DNA of 64,000 bases. Source: an uncultured Gammaproteobacteria bacterium. Its GTDB lineage: Bacteria > Patescibacteriota > Microgenomatia > Levybacterales > UBA12049. Below are positions 35,547 to 43,573 of this stretch, one piece after another. The stretch lies in assembly GCA_964564035.1 (NCBI GenBank), contig CAZLZN010000004.1:10632-74631 (forward strand). The letters run 5' to 3'. Numbering within the stretch: the stretch's first letter is position 1; the number at the start of each line of letters is the position of its first letter. The position numbers and the translations under genes were made by a program. The notes below the pieces were generated by a model that did no database searches, was not told the DNA's origin, and was given only the letters and a program-made list of their open reading frames with translations.

Positions 35547-36323
35547 TTATTTTAGTAAATATTTCTCAATAACATCTGCGACCCCGTCGTCTTCGACTGT
35601 GGGGGCAATGTAATCGGCAATTGCTTTGAGTTCCGGTACAGCATTTCCCATAGCCACGCGAAGTCCGCAGGCCATCAGGAGAGGGAAATCGTTATAGCCG
35701 TCCCCTACTCCGATTATTTCATGAGTTTCGATACCCAAAAATTTTGCTACTTCAAAAATCCCGTGCTGTTTGGATGCTTCGTTATGAGTTATGGATAGCC
35801 ACACAACTTCCGGATTTGTCCAGCTTACGGTTTTATGGACTGCAAGTTCATTGTATTTTCTGAGTTGTTTCACGAATAAGTCGCTTTGGTCGACCGGTAC
35901 ATCCACAATCGAGATCTGCATCGGATTAATTGGAGAATTATTTTTATCATAGACGATATTTTCCAGATAATAATCGTTGTCGTCGATCCAAATCTCAAAG
36001 TTGTTATTCATTTTTTCAATTATTTCATTCGCAATTGCTGTCGGGATAAATTTGGACCACAATATTTGACCTGTACTCATGTCACGGATTTCAGCTCCTC
36101 CGGAAACAACTGACGGGCCTTTTAAATCCAGAGCATGAGCAATTTGCCGTGTATGCGCATACCGTCTCGCGGTTGCCAAGCTGATATGTACTAAGCTGTT
36201 TGCTTTTGTAACTGCATTAATTACAGCAGGCGATGGCTTGCCGGTTCTTCCATTTGGAACCGTCGTACCGTCTATGTCCAGCATGAGCGCTTTATATTTT
36301 TTATTGTTTTTAATTATTATCAT
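35547..36323 (-). CDS. Cof-type HAD-IIB phosphatase
   Basis: Motif I MLDIDGTTV and motif IV GVGDGYNDFPLL. Confidence 0.85.
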   Translation of the reverse strand: MIIIKNNKKYKALMLDIDGTTVPNGRTGKPSPAVINAVTKANSLVHISLATARRYAHTRQIAHALDLKGPSVVSGGAEIRDMSTGQILWSKFIPTAIANEIIEKMNNNFEIWIDDNDYYLENIVYDKNNSPINPMQISIVDVPVDQSDLFVKQLRKYNELAVHKTVSWTNPEVVWLSITHNEASKQHGIFEVAKFLGIETHEIIGVGDGYNDFPLLMACGLRVAMGNAVPELKAIADYIAPTVEDDGVADVIEKYLLK

Positions 36324-36371
36324 CTATGTATATCCGAGTATAATGGTATACAGGAAAAATTATTAACAAAA

Positions 36372-36962
36372 CTAAAGTATTTTTAAACCGAATTTATGTA
36401 ACTCCTTTGCTAGTGCAAATAATGGAAGGCCGACTATATTGAAATAATCACCTTCAATTTTTTCTACAAAAACCGATGCTTTCCCTTGTATCGCATAAGC
36501 GCCTGCTTTGTCCGATAATTTTTCGGACCTGGCGTAACTGTTTATTTCGCGGTCGCGGATTTTTCTAAAATAAACGTTTGTAATTTCCGATTTAGTAATT
36601 TTTTTGTTTGATTTTGAATCTATAACAGTAAAAGCTGTAATGACCTGATGTTTCCTACCGCTTAGTTTTTTCAGCATTATTTTCGCGTCAATAATATTTT
36701 TGGGTTTACCCAGGACTTCGTCCCCTACCGCAATTATCGTGTCGGCTGCAATTATTATAAAGTCGCCAATGTTTTTCCGTTTATAAACTTCGTAAACAGC
36801 GTCTGCTTTCAATTCCGAAAGATTTTCAGCCTGCCCCCTGGGTTTTAGCCGCGGGTTTAAGGTTTCTTTAACGGAACTAGGAAATACAATAAAATTTAAT
36901 CCGATTTGTTTGAGCAAGGATTTACGGCGGGGAGATTTTGATGCGAGGATTATCTGTGTCAT
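36372..36962 (-). CDS. maf: Maf family nucleoside triphosphate pyrophosphatase
   Basis: IILASKSPRRKSLLKQIGL.. ..AADTIIAV.. ..KAGAYAIQG... Confidence 0.9.
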   Translation of the reverse strand: MTQIILASKSPRRKSLLKQIGLNFIVFPSSVKETLNPRLKPRGQAENLSELKADAVYEVYKRKNIGDFIIIAADTIIAVGDEVLGKPKNIIDAKIMLKKLSGRKHQVITAFTVIDSKSNKKITKSEITNVYFRKIRDREINSYARSEKLSDKAGAYAIQGKASVFVEKIEGDYFNIVGLPLFALAKELHKFGLKIL

Positions 36963-37029
36963 ATAAAAAATATTATACTATAAATATATAGATATTTATT
37001 TAATATAAAAATTTATATATACTTATAAT

Positions 37030-37923
37030 ATGTCTGAAATTGGCGTTAAGGGTGAGGGTATAATTGATTCTATTGATAATCAAGGAAATAATCCGGAGCA
37101 AAATCGTTTACACAATGAATTACCTAAAATGATAATTGCAGGTAAGGATGAGGCTAATCCCCATGATTCCCTAGTAGCAATAGCACGTTTTGAGACGAAA
37201 GAACAGGGTGAAAATAATAAACTCCCGGTTCCGGTATATGATGCTAATTCACAAATAAAACCCCCTTATAACGAAGAGGATAGTTACTATAGAAATCCTG
37301 GACTATACGCAATAGCAGTTGAATATACAAGGCAAGCGCATGAATTAGCCGCTAAAACAGATATACCTATAACTGCTTCCGGAGGACTAGGACTTGAATG
37401 GGCTGTAGACCATACGCCAAATGAAATTGGCAGCCATTTTGATGTTCATGGCTTTGGAGCAAAAACGGATTTATCAGATCTTGATAAAATTCTTACGGAC
37501 GGCATCCATTCTGACCGAACTTTATTTACTATGCCTTTTATACGCGGTGAAGAAGGAATGGAGGCGTTTGGCGCAGAATTACCTAAAAGAGAAAGAGGTA
37601 TATATTTAATTTCGGATTATGGTAAGAAAATAACTGAAAAGGACGGCGGAATAAAATATGTAGGCGTAGGTGAGGAGTACGTAAACGCAATTGATGAAAT
37701 GAAAAGGCAGTGGCCCGGAGTTGAGATTGTCCCCTGGCATGATCTACCGAAGGTTTTGACAGAGAGTTATAACTTACATACCGGAGAGAATAAGTCTTAT
37801 CAAGCACTGAACGAAGAAAATAAACCGCGTTATACACCTAAAAAATTTAGAGCTTCAGTTTCCAATGATGATAAACCAGTCCTTATTCCAGGCGCGAGTT
37901 CCGAGGGCAACGAGGTGTGGTAG
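37030..37923 (+). CDS. hypothetical protein (orphan, opposite strand to neighbours)
   Basis: 297-aa ORF with no TM or signal and no motif I recognise. A TATAAT directly abuts the ATG in a very AT-rich upstream region. Confidence 0.55.
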   Translation: MSEIGVKGEGIIDSIDNQGNNPEQNRLHNELPKMIIAGKDEANPHDSLVAIARFETKEQGENNKLPVPVYDANSQIKPPYNEEDSYYRNPGLYAIAVEYTRQAHELAAKTDIPITASGGLGLEWAVDHTPNEIGSHFDVHGFGAKTDLSDLDKILTDGIHSDRTLFTMPFIRGEEGMEAFGAELPKRERGIYLISDYGKKITEKDGGIKYVGVGEEYVNAIDEMKRQWPGVEIVPWHDLPKVLTESYNLHTGENKSYQALNEENKPRYTPKKFRASVSNDDKPVLIPGASSEGNEVW

Positions 37924-37955
37924 AACAGCACAATATAAATTTGTTAATTTAAATA

Positions 37956-39062
37956 TTAATTAAAAGAAGTTTTTAGAAGATTTTGCTTATCATACCTTAA
38001 AATTGCTAATTCTATTAACCTGTCGATTAAATCTGAATAATTTAAACCGCTTGCTTCCCAAAGCTTGGGATACATCGAGATATTAGTAAATCCGGGAATG
38101 GGGTTTATTTCATTAATAAATGGTTTGTTTTGTTTGTTAACAAAAAAATCCACGCGTGAAAAACCCTCACAACAAAGTGTTTTAAATGTCTTTATGGCAA
38201 GCTCTTGAATTTGCTTTGTAAGTTTTTGAGGGAGTTTGGCGGGTATTTCTATTGAAGCCCCTTGTTCATCAATATACTTTGCCTCATAGTCATAAAATTC
38301 ATGTGTTGGAATTACTTCTCCAAGAACTGAAGCTTTTGGGTTATCATTTCCCAGAATCCCGCATTCAATTTCGCGGCCGTCTATAAATTCTTCAAATAAT
38401 ATTTTTGTATCATACTGAAAAACGGTATCAACTGCCTTTTTAAAGTCTTCTTTGTTTTTTACTTTGCTTACACCTACTGATGATCCAAGCGTTGGAGGTT
38501 TACAGAAAAACGGCAACCCGAGTTTTTTAACAATTGCGTTGAAATTTATATTGTCTTTTTCATAATACTGAAATACTAAAAAATCAGGAACGGGCAGGCC
38601 TGAATCACGAAGTAATCTTTTGGCGACATCCTTGTCCATTGTAATTGCTGAACCCAATATCGAAGGGCCCACAAAGGGGATATTCAATAGCTTCAATAAT
38701 CCCTGTATTGTCCCGTCTTCGATGTTCGGGCCATGAACCACCGGAAAGATCACGTCTATTTTTCCGATATTGTATTGATCGGAAATTGTTACTAATTGTC
38801 CATTTTTATCGGCGGGGGTAATCGCTATTGGCTTTGCAGAGCTATTAAGAGATATTAATTTTGGATTTTCGGAATTTAAAAGATATCTTGCTTCATCTTG
38901 CAGCATCCACCGTCCGTTTTTATCGATACCGATTAATACAGCTTCATACTTGCTTCTGTCTAGCGAATTTATAACATTTTTCGCCGATTGAAGTGATACT
39001 TCGTGCTCCGCGGATTTGCCGCCGAAAAGAATCGCAACTTTTATTTTTTGATTACCTGCCAT
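37956..39062 (-). CDS. ddl: D-alanine--D-alanine ligase
   Basis: ..VAILFGGKSAEHEVSLQSA.. and an ATP-grasp C-terminal part (..EINPIPGFT..SMYPKLW..). Confidence 0.95.
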   Translation of the reverse strand: MAGNQKIKVAILFGGKSAEHEVSLQSAKNVINSLDRSKYEAVLIGIDKNGRWMLQDEARYLLNSENPKLISLNSSAKPIAITPADKNGQLVTISDQYNIGKIDVIFPVVHGPNIEDGTIQGLLKLLNIPFVGPSILGSAITMDKDVAKRLLRDSGLPVPDFLVFQYYEKDNINFNAIVKKLGLPFFCKPPTLGSSVGVSKVKNKEDFKKAVDTVFQYDTKILFEEFIDGREIECGILGNDNPKASVLGEVIPTHEFYDYEAKYIDEQGASIEIPAKLPQKLTKQIQELAIKTFKTLCCEGFSRVDFFVNKQNKPFINEINPIPGFTNISMYPKLWEASGLNYSDLIDRLIELAILRYDKQNLLKTSFN

Positions 39063-40203
39063 AAATGTAAGTATTGGTGCCGTTTAAATAATTGGAAAAT
39101 CTCTCCATTCCCGCGACCAAGTTCTCTTCCCGTCTGCCAAAACAAATCCTAACATGCCCCTCTCCCCCGGGACCGAAGTCACTGCCGGGGACGACCGCTA
39201 CTTTGGCAGTTTTTAATAGGTCCATGCAGAAAGCTTGTGTGTTGTTTATACCTTTTAGTTTGGGGAAAAAATAGTATGACCCTTTGGGCATAGTATAACT
39301 AATCATGCCGTTGAGGCGGTCCAAATACTCTGCCACCAGCAGTCTGTGTTTTTTATATATTTCTAAATTGTTGGCTAGAATTTCGTTCTGATTTTTGATT
39401 GCCGAAATCGCGGCATATTGGGAAACAACCGGCGCGCAATTGACAATCGAATCATGAACGGGAAGTATTTTTTCAATAACCGAAATATCGGAGTGCAGAT
39501 ATCCGATCCTCCAGCCTGTCAGCGAAAAATCTTTTGAGAAGCTAACAACTCTGATAACATTTTTTTTAAATTCTTTTTCAGTAGCCGGGGTATAAAAATC
39601 CGCGTCGTCGAATATCATATTTTTATATACCTCATCAACTATTAGAAAAATTTTTAATTCCTTGGCGAGTTTTGCCAGTTCGATCAGGGTTTCCCGGGAA
39701 TATACGGATCCGGTCGGATTATTAGGGTTGCAGAGCAAAATTGCGGCTGTTCTTTTGGATATTGTTTTTTTTAGCAATTTTAAATCCAGTTCCCAGTTTC
39801 TTATTTCATTTAGAGGAACAGGCAATGCTTTGCCGCCTGCCATTTTGACGATTCTGAAATATGCAGAATACGCGGGTGTCGGTATGATCACTTCGTTTTT
39901 TGATTTTTTTAAAATACTTAAGAATACAGAACTTAGTCCTTCTATCGCGCCGGCTGTGACCATTATTTCGTCACTTGAGTAATTCATCTTCTCCTCGGAC
40001 AATGACTTACTAATGATATTTCTCAGCTCGATCACTCCTCGGGGGTCGGAATATTTATCTACTAAATTTGAGGAGATCGCGCTAAAAACATCCTCCCGGA
40101 TTATATTTTCGGAGTTCATATACGGGATTCCCTGACTCAAGGAAATTATACCTTCATTATATCTCGCGTAATTTTCCATTTGTTTTATAGCATTCAATTT
40201 CAT
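39052..40203 (-). CDS. class I/II pyridoxal-phosphate-dependent aminotransferase
   Basis: ..NPNNPTG.. and PLP-lysine motif SFSKDFSLTGWRIGY. Overlaps ddl by 11 nt (operon). Confidence 0.9.
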   Translation of the reverse strand: MKLNAIKQMENYARYNEGIISLSQGIPYMNSENIIREDVFSAISSNLVDKYSDPRGVIELRNIISKSLSEEKMNYSSDEIMVTAGAIEGLSSVFLSILKKSKNEVIIPTPAYSAYFRIVKMAGGKALPVPLNEIRNWELDLKLLKKTISKRTAAILLCNPNNPTGSVYSRETLIELAKLAKELKIFLIVDEVYKNMIFDDADFYTPATEKEFKKNVIRVVSFSKDFSLTGWRIGYLHSDISVIEKILPVHDSIVNCAPVVSQYAAISAIKNQNEILANNLEIYKKHRLLVAEYLDRLNGMISYTMPKGSYYFFPKLKGINNTQAFCMDLLKTAKVAVVPGSDFGPGGEGHVRICFGRREENLVAGMERFSNYLNGTNTYIYGR

Positions 40204-40206
40204 TGA

Positions 40207-40325
40207 GAATTAAGAATTAAGAATTAAGAATTAAGAGTTTAGAATTCAGAAGTAAATTTAGAATGTAGAATAATTTTAAACTCTAAATTCTATCTGAATT
40301 TTGAATTATGAATTCTAAATTTGAT
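40207..40325. repeat. 119-bp array with strict 7-nt periodicity (gaattaa x4, then ~13 degenerate heptads); the halves are partly inverted
   Basis: In one phase from 40207: gaattaa x4, gagttta, gaattca, gaagtaa, atttaga, atgtaga, ataattt, taaactc, taaattc, tatctga, attttga, attatga, attctaa, atttgat. It starts 4 nt from the aminotransferase start codon. agagtttagaatt can pair with aattttaaactct. Confidence 0.8.
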
Positions 40326-40336
40326 TATAAAATGTA

Positions 40337-40352
40337 TTTGAATATATTCAAA
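40337..40352. promoter_or_regulatory. perfect 16-bp palindrome TTTGAATATATTCAAA in a divergent promoter region
   Basis: Self-complementary 16-mer ~110 nt upstream of the TrmB-like regulator gene (40461). An operator-like role is inferred only. Confidence 0.4.
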
Positions 40353-40460
40353 AATTTTATAATTTTATAAGCGCTCCAGCTTTGAATCAGCCTCACATAA
40401 ATATTCGTCCAATTGTGGTAGATTTTGTAATGAAATAAGATTATAATACGTCCAAGATCT

Positions 40461-41213
40461 ATGGACAAAATTATCAGAGACGCGCTGACTGATCTGGGGT
40501 GTTCGGATAAAGAGATAAAGTTTTTCATCACAAATTACCGTTCAGGCGCGCTTACAATCAATGAAATAGCTAAAATAGCAAAGATCGAGAGATCTACCGC
40601 CTATTTGATAGCCCAAAGCCTCATTAGCAAGGGCCTGATTATTGAGGACTTGAAACAATATAAAAAATCACTCGTGACTATTGAGCCGAAAACACTTCTT
40701 CGAATGCTGTCCGCGAAACAAAGACAAATCGGGAGACATGAACTGACGCTTAAGGAAAATCTAAGCGCGCTTGAGTCCCTTTATTTGACATCAGAATACA
40801 GACCGACGGTCAAAACTTATGACGGAAATAACGGTTTACTCGCGATTTGGAAAGATATTTTGTCAAAATCCCAGGAGGTTCTGCTTTGGACAAATCAGGA
40901 TACCGAGAGTAATTTTTTTACGAAGAATTATCATCATCTTTTTATCAAAGAAAGGTTTAAAAAGAATATACCTGTTCGCGTACTGGCTGTTAATAATTCA
41001 AAAGGACAGGAGCTTATCAAAAACGATAGTGAATCGCTTAGAAAAACAAAAATTCTCCCGGATGGCGTAGTATTCAGCGCGGAAACATATATTTACGGCG
41101 ATAAGGTCGCTATTCTGGACTATAATAAAGACATAATTGGCGTAATTATTAAAAGCGATCAGATTGCCGGATCGCAGAGGGCAATATTCGAGATGAACTG
41201 GGGAGTTTTATAA
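40461..41213 (+). CDS. TrmB-like helix-turn-helix transcriptional regulator
   Basis: The N-terminal winged-HTH (..LGCSDKEIKFFITNYRSGALTINEIAKIAKIERSTAYLIAQSLISKGLI..) resembles the TrmB family. The C-terminal domain is unassigned. Confidence 0.7.
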   Translation: MDKIIRDALTDLGCSDKEIKFFITNYRSGALTINEIAKIAKIERSTAYLIAQSLISKGLIIEDLKQYKKSLVTIEPKTLLRMLSAKQRQIGRHELTLKENLSALESLYLTSEYRPTVKTYDGNNGLLAIWKDILSKSQEVLLWTNQDTESNFFTKNYHHLFIKERFKKNIPVRVLAVNNSKGQELIKNDSESLRKTKILPDGVVFSAETYIYGDKVAILDYNKDIIGVIIKSDQIAGSQRAIFEMNWGVL

Positions 41214-42536
41214 TGACCGTCTGCGTTTTTTGTCCCAAAAATCTCCTCTTCTCGGCAATAAATCCGCATCCTTTTTTTCATTTAATAAACTTTCAATTAT
41301 ATCTTCCAAATACATAGACGCGGAGGCCTTGAATAAAATCCTCTCCCCTCCCCTGATGTTTTCTTTTATAAAATCTAATACTTCTTCGCGATTCGAAAAT
41401 TTAATCACTTGATCATTTGACCCTTTTTCATTTTTAATTTTTGAATTATTATTTTGATCTTTGATCTTTGATCTTTGATCTAATATTTGGAAGGTATATT
41501 CCCCTACTCTCTTCCCTACCAAAATAATCCGCTCCAAATCCATCTCACTCAACAACCTGCCCAGCTTCTCATGCTCTTCACGCTCCTTCTCTCCAAGCTC
41601 GAGCATGTCGCCCAGTACTACCCATTTTTTATCTCCGGGCATTTTGGAGAACATGTCCAGAACTGCTTTCATGGAAGACAGATTGGCGTTGTAGGAGCTG
41701 TCGATAAGCAGAGTGTTTTTTATGCCTTGTAAAATATTGCTTCTGCCGGGCGGCATTTTTAACCGGCTAAATTTCTTATCAAAAGGTAATTTCAAATACC
41801 CGCACACCTCGCGGCACATGACGATCGAATAGAATATCTCTTCGGGTAATAACTGACTAAATTTATATTCTTCACCTTTTATTTCAAATATCGTGCTGTT
41901 TGTGGTCAAATTATATTTGTTTAAATAAATCTCTTTTGATACCTCTATGACTTGATTCCTGCTTCGCACTACATGCTTCTTCATGAACTCCGAATCAGCG
42001 TTGATCACAGACAAACTTTGACAGCGTTCAAGAAAATGTCCGAAGTCATGCGCAATCGCTTCATCTACTGATTTAAAACCTAAATGCTTGATTTTTAAAG
42101 CCTGTTCAAAATTCTGGCTGTGCGTTCTGCCGACACTTGTCCAAAGCACGACTTCGGGTTTGAGAAATTCAGCCAGGAATTTACCTTCTCCCCATCTGTC
42201 GGTATCTGCTTCTGCTACGAATATTTTTTCATGAGGGGGGTTTTTAAATGAGTTAATAGGCGCTGTTAAGAACAATTTCAGCCATTCTACATAGCTGAAG
42301 GTTTCTCTATGCAGATCCAGGATGAAAAACGGTATTCCGTACGCGCTGTTCGCGTGATGTGAGTAAACAGCCTTGTCGCCCAGCTGGGATTCAAGCATAT
42401 GCAGGAGAGTTGTTTTTCCGCTAGAACCGGTTACGACAACTACTCTAGGACTCCATCTGCGAAGCTTTATCCCCGCCCAGAATCGGAAATATTTTGCGAT
42501 AAATAAATAGAGTGATTTTTTGAGTTTGTTTATCAT
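41208..42536 (-). CDS. murF: Mur ligase family protein (MurF-like)
   Basis: P-loop VVVVTGSSGKTT, Mur ligase central and C-terminal patterns (..IDSSYNAN.., ..VLGDMLELG..). Contains the low-complexity insert DQRSKIKDQNNNSKIKNEKGS. Confidence 0.8.
   Translation of the reverse strand: MINKLKKSLYLFIAKYFRFWAGIKLRRWSPRVVVVTGSSGKTTLLHMLESQLGDKAVYSHHANSAYGIPFFILDLHRETFSYVEWLKLFLTAPINSFKNPPHEKIFVAEADTDRWGEGKFLAEFLKPEVVLWTSVGRTHSQNFEQALKIKHLGFKSVDEAIAHDFGHFLERCQSLSVINADSEFMKKHVVRSRNQVIEVSKEIYLNKYNLTTNSTIFEIKGEEYKFSQLLPEEIFYSIVMCREVCGYLKLPFDKKFSRLKMPPGRSNILQGIKNTLLIDSSYNANLSSMKAVLDMFSKMPGDKKWVVLGDMLELGEKEREEHEKLGRLLSEMDLERIILVGKRVGEYTFQILDQRSKIKDQNNNSKIKNEKGSNDQVIKFSNREEVLDFIKENIRGGERILFKASASMYLEDIIESLLNEKKDADLLPRRGDFWDKKRRRSL
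41424..41481. repeat. 7-nt-periodic array inside the murF-like CDS (ends with ttgatct x4)
   Basis: In phase: tttttca tttttaa tttttga attatta ttttgat ctttgat ctttgat ctttgat. On the coding strand this encodes the Lys/Asn/Gln-rich insert. Confidence 0.8.
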
Positions 42537-42669
42537 TTTTGTTTTAGGAAAAAGCCCGGACAGAGTACATTCTCAGCGATAAGGTATTATACTATATAAT
42601 TTGTTATTAAGCTTAATTTTTTGGTAATTCACGAAAATATTAAGTTTATGTAATAAAATCACTATAGGC

Positions 42670-42699
42670 TTGACATTTGGTAATGTGTCGTGCTAAAAT
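42670..42699 (+). promoter_or_regulatory. sigma70-type promoter (TTGACA-N18-TAAAAT), 8 nt upstream of ATG 42708
   Basis: ttgaca at 42670-42675 and taaaat at 42694-42699. There is no SD, and only gacaacat separates the -10 from the ATG, which suggests a leaderless or near-leaderless mRNA. Confidence 0.6.
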
Positions 42700-42707
42700 G
42701 ACAACAT

Positions 42708-43118
42708 ATGCCAAGCTTGAGAGAAATGGGGATACGACCTGATGTAAACGGCCTTAGATTGGTAAGACCAGACAAAAGTGCAAAAGTTGTTAAGGTGACT
42801 GAGTCTCCCATAGTGGGCGATGAGCGTAAATTATTTAATTTCAGAAAACCTGCAAAAAGAGAAAAGAAATCAGAATCTCCAGCGACAGTGAAACTAGAAG
42901 ATCCAACAGAAACCAAAGTAAGAAGCGTAGATGTTTATAGCAGATACGCAAGTAGAAAAGTGACCAAAGCTTTGGCCGAGCAACACCCTACGTTGAGAAA
43001 AGTGCATCTTATGAACGCCGCGGCAGCATTAGAACAGGCAAAAGTTGTAACACCAGGCGGCATAGATGAAATGCACAAGCTTCATACTATATATGAGGCG
43101 ATTAACACGCTGAAATAA
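42708..43118 (+). CDS. hypothetical basic protein (orphan operon gene 1)
   Basis: 136 aa with a Lys/Arg-rich, disordered-looking N-terminal half and a helical C-terminal half. No recognised motif. Its stop is 1 nt from the next ATG. Confidence 0.6.
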   Translation: MPSLREMGIRPDVNGLRLVRPDKSAKVVKVTESPIVGDERKLFNFRKPAKREKKSESPATVKLEDPTETKVRSVDVYSRYASRKVTKALAEQHPTLRKVHLMNAAAALEQAKVVTPGGIDEMHKLHTIYEAINTLK

Positions 43119-43119
43119 T

Positions 43120-43428
43120 ATGGCAGAGAATTTATTTAAGCAAATAACAAGGTATATAGGTTCAAATATTGTGCTTGAGTGCAATATCACCCGTGAACAA
43201 GAAGAAAAAACAAAAAAAGCCGCTCGCAGAAAAATATTCTACGACGACGAACATCGTTCCAGAAGCGGATTTAATGGAGACTCGCCGAGTACTTATGCTG
43301 CTGCAGAGGCGAATATCAAAGCTCTGAGAGCGTCTTTTGCTGATAGCGGGATAAAAGAATTACGAGAGATACCGGCAAAAGTAGATCGAGAGAGAATTTT
43401 AAATATTAGAAAACTGTTCGAGCATTGA
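43120..43428 (+). CDS. hypothetical protein (orphan operon gene 2)
   Basis: 102 aa, charged and helical. Translationally coupled spacing to gene 1 (TAA-t-ATG). Confidence 0.55.
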   Translation: MAENLFKQITRYIGSNIVLECNITREQEEKTKKAARRKIFYDDEHRSRSGFNGDSPSTYAAAEANIKALRASFADSGIKELREIPAKVDRERILNIRKLFEH

Positions 43429-43573
43429 CCCACTAATACCTTACTACCGAACCAATTCATTTATAATCTAAGCATCATATATATTTATCGTATTTATGAT
43501 AAAAAGATTACTTTATTTATGCGGCAGGGTTCATTGACAGCGCTAAGTTATTATAATAAGCTGAATAGAGATT

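Noticed and set aside
40207-40325. CRISPR array interpretation of the short tandem repeats (also 41424, 46921, 51174, 54934).
   Set aside because: The units are 7 nt and directly abutting, with no spacers. No cas genes are in the window.
40325-40531. 68-aa minus-strand ORF in the aminotransferase/TrmB-like divergent region.
   Set aside because: It covers the 16-bp palindrome and the promoter region and overlaps the start of the TrmB-like gene. Its composition is AT-driven (Ile/Leu/Lys/Asn) and it has no start context.
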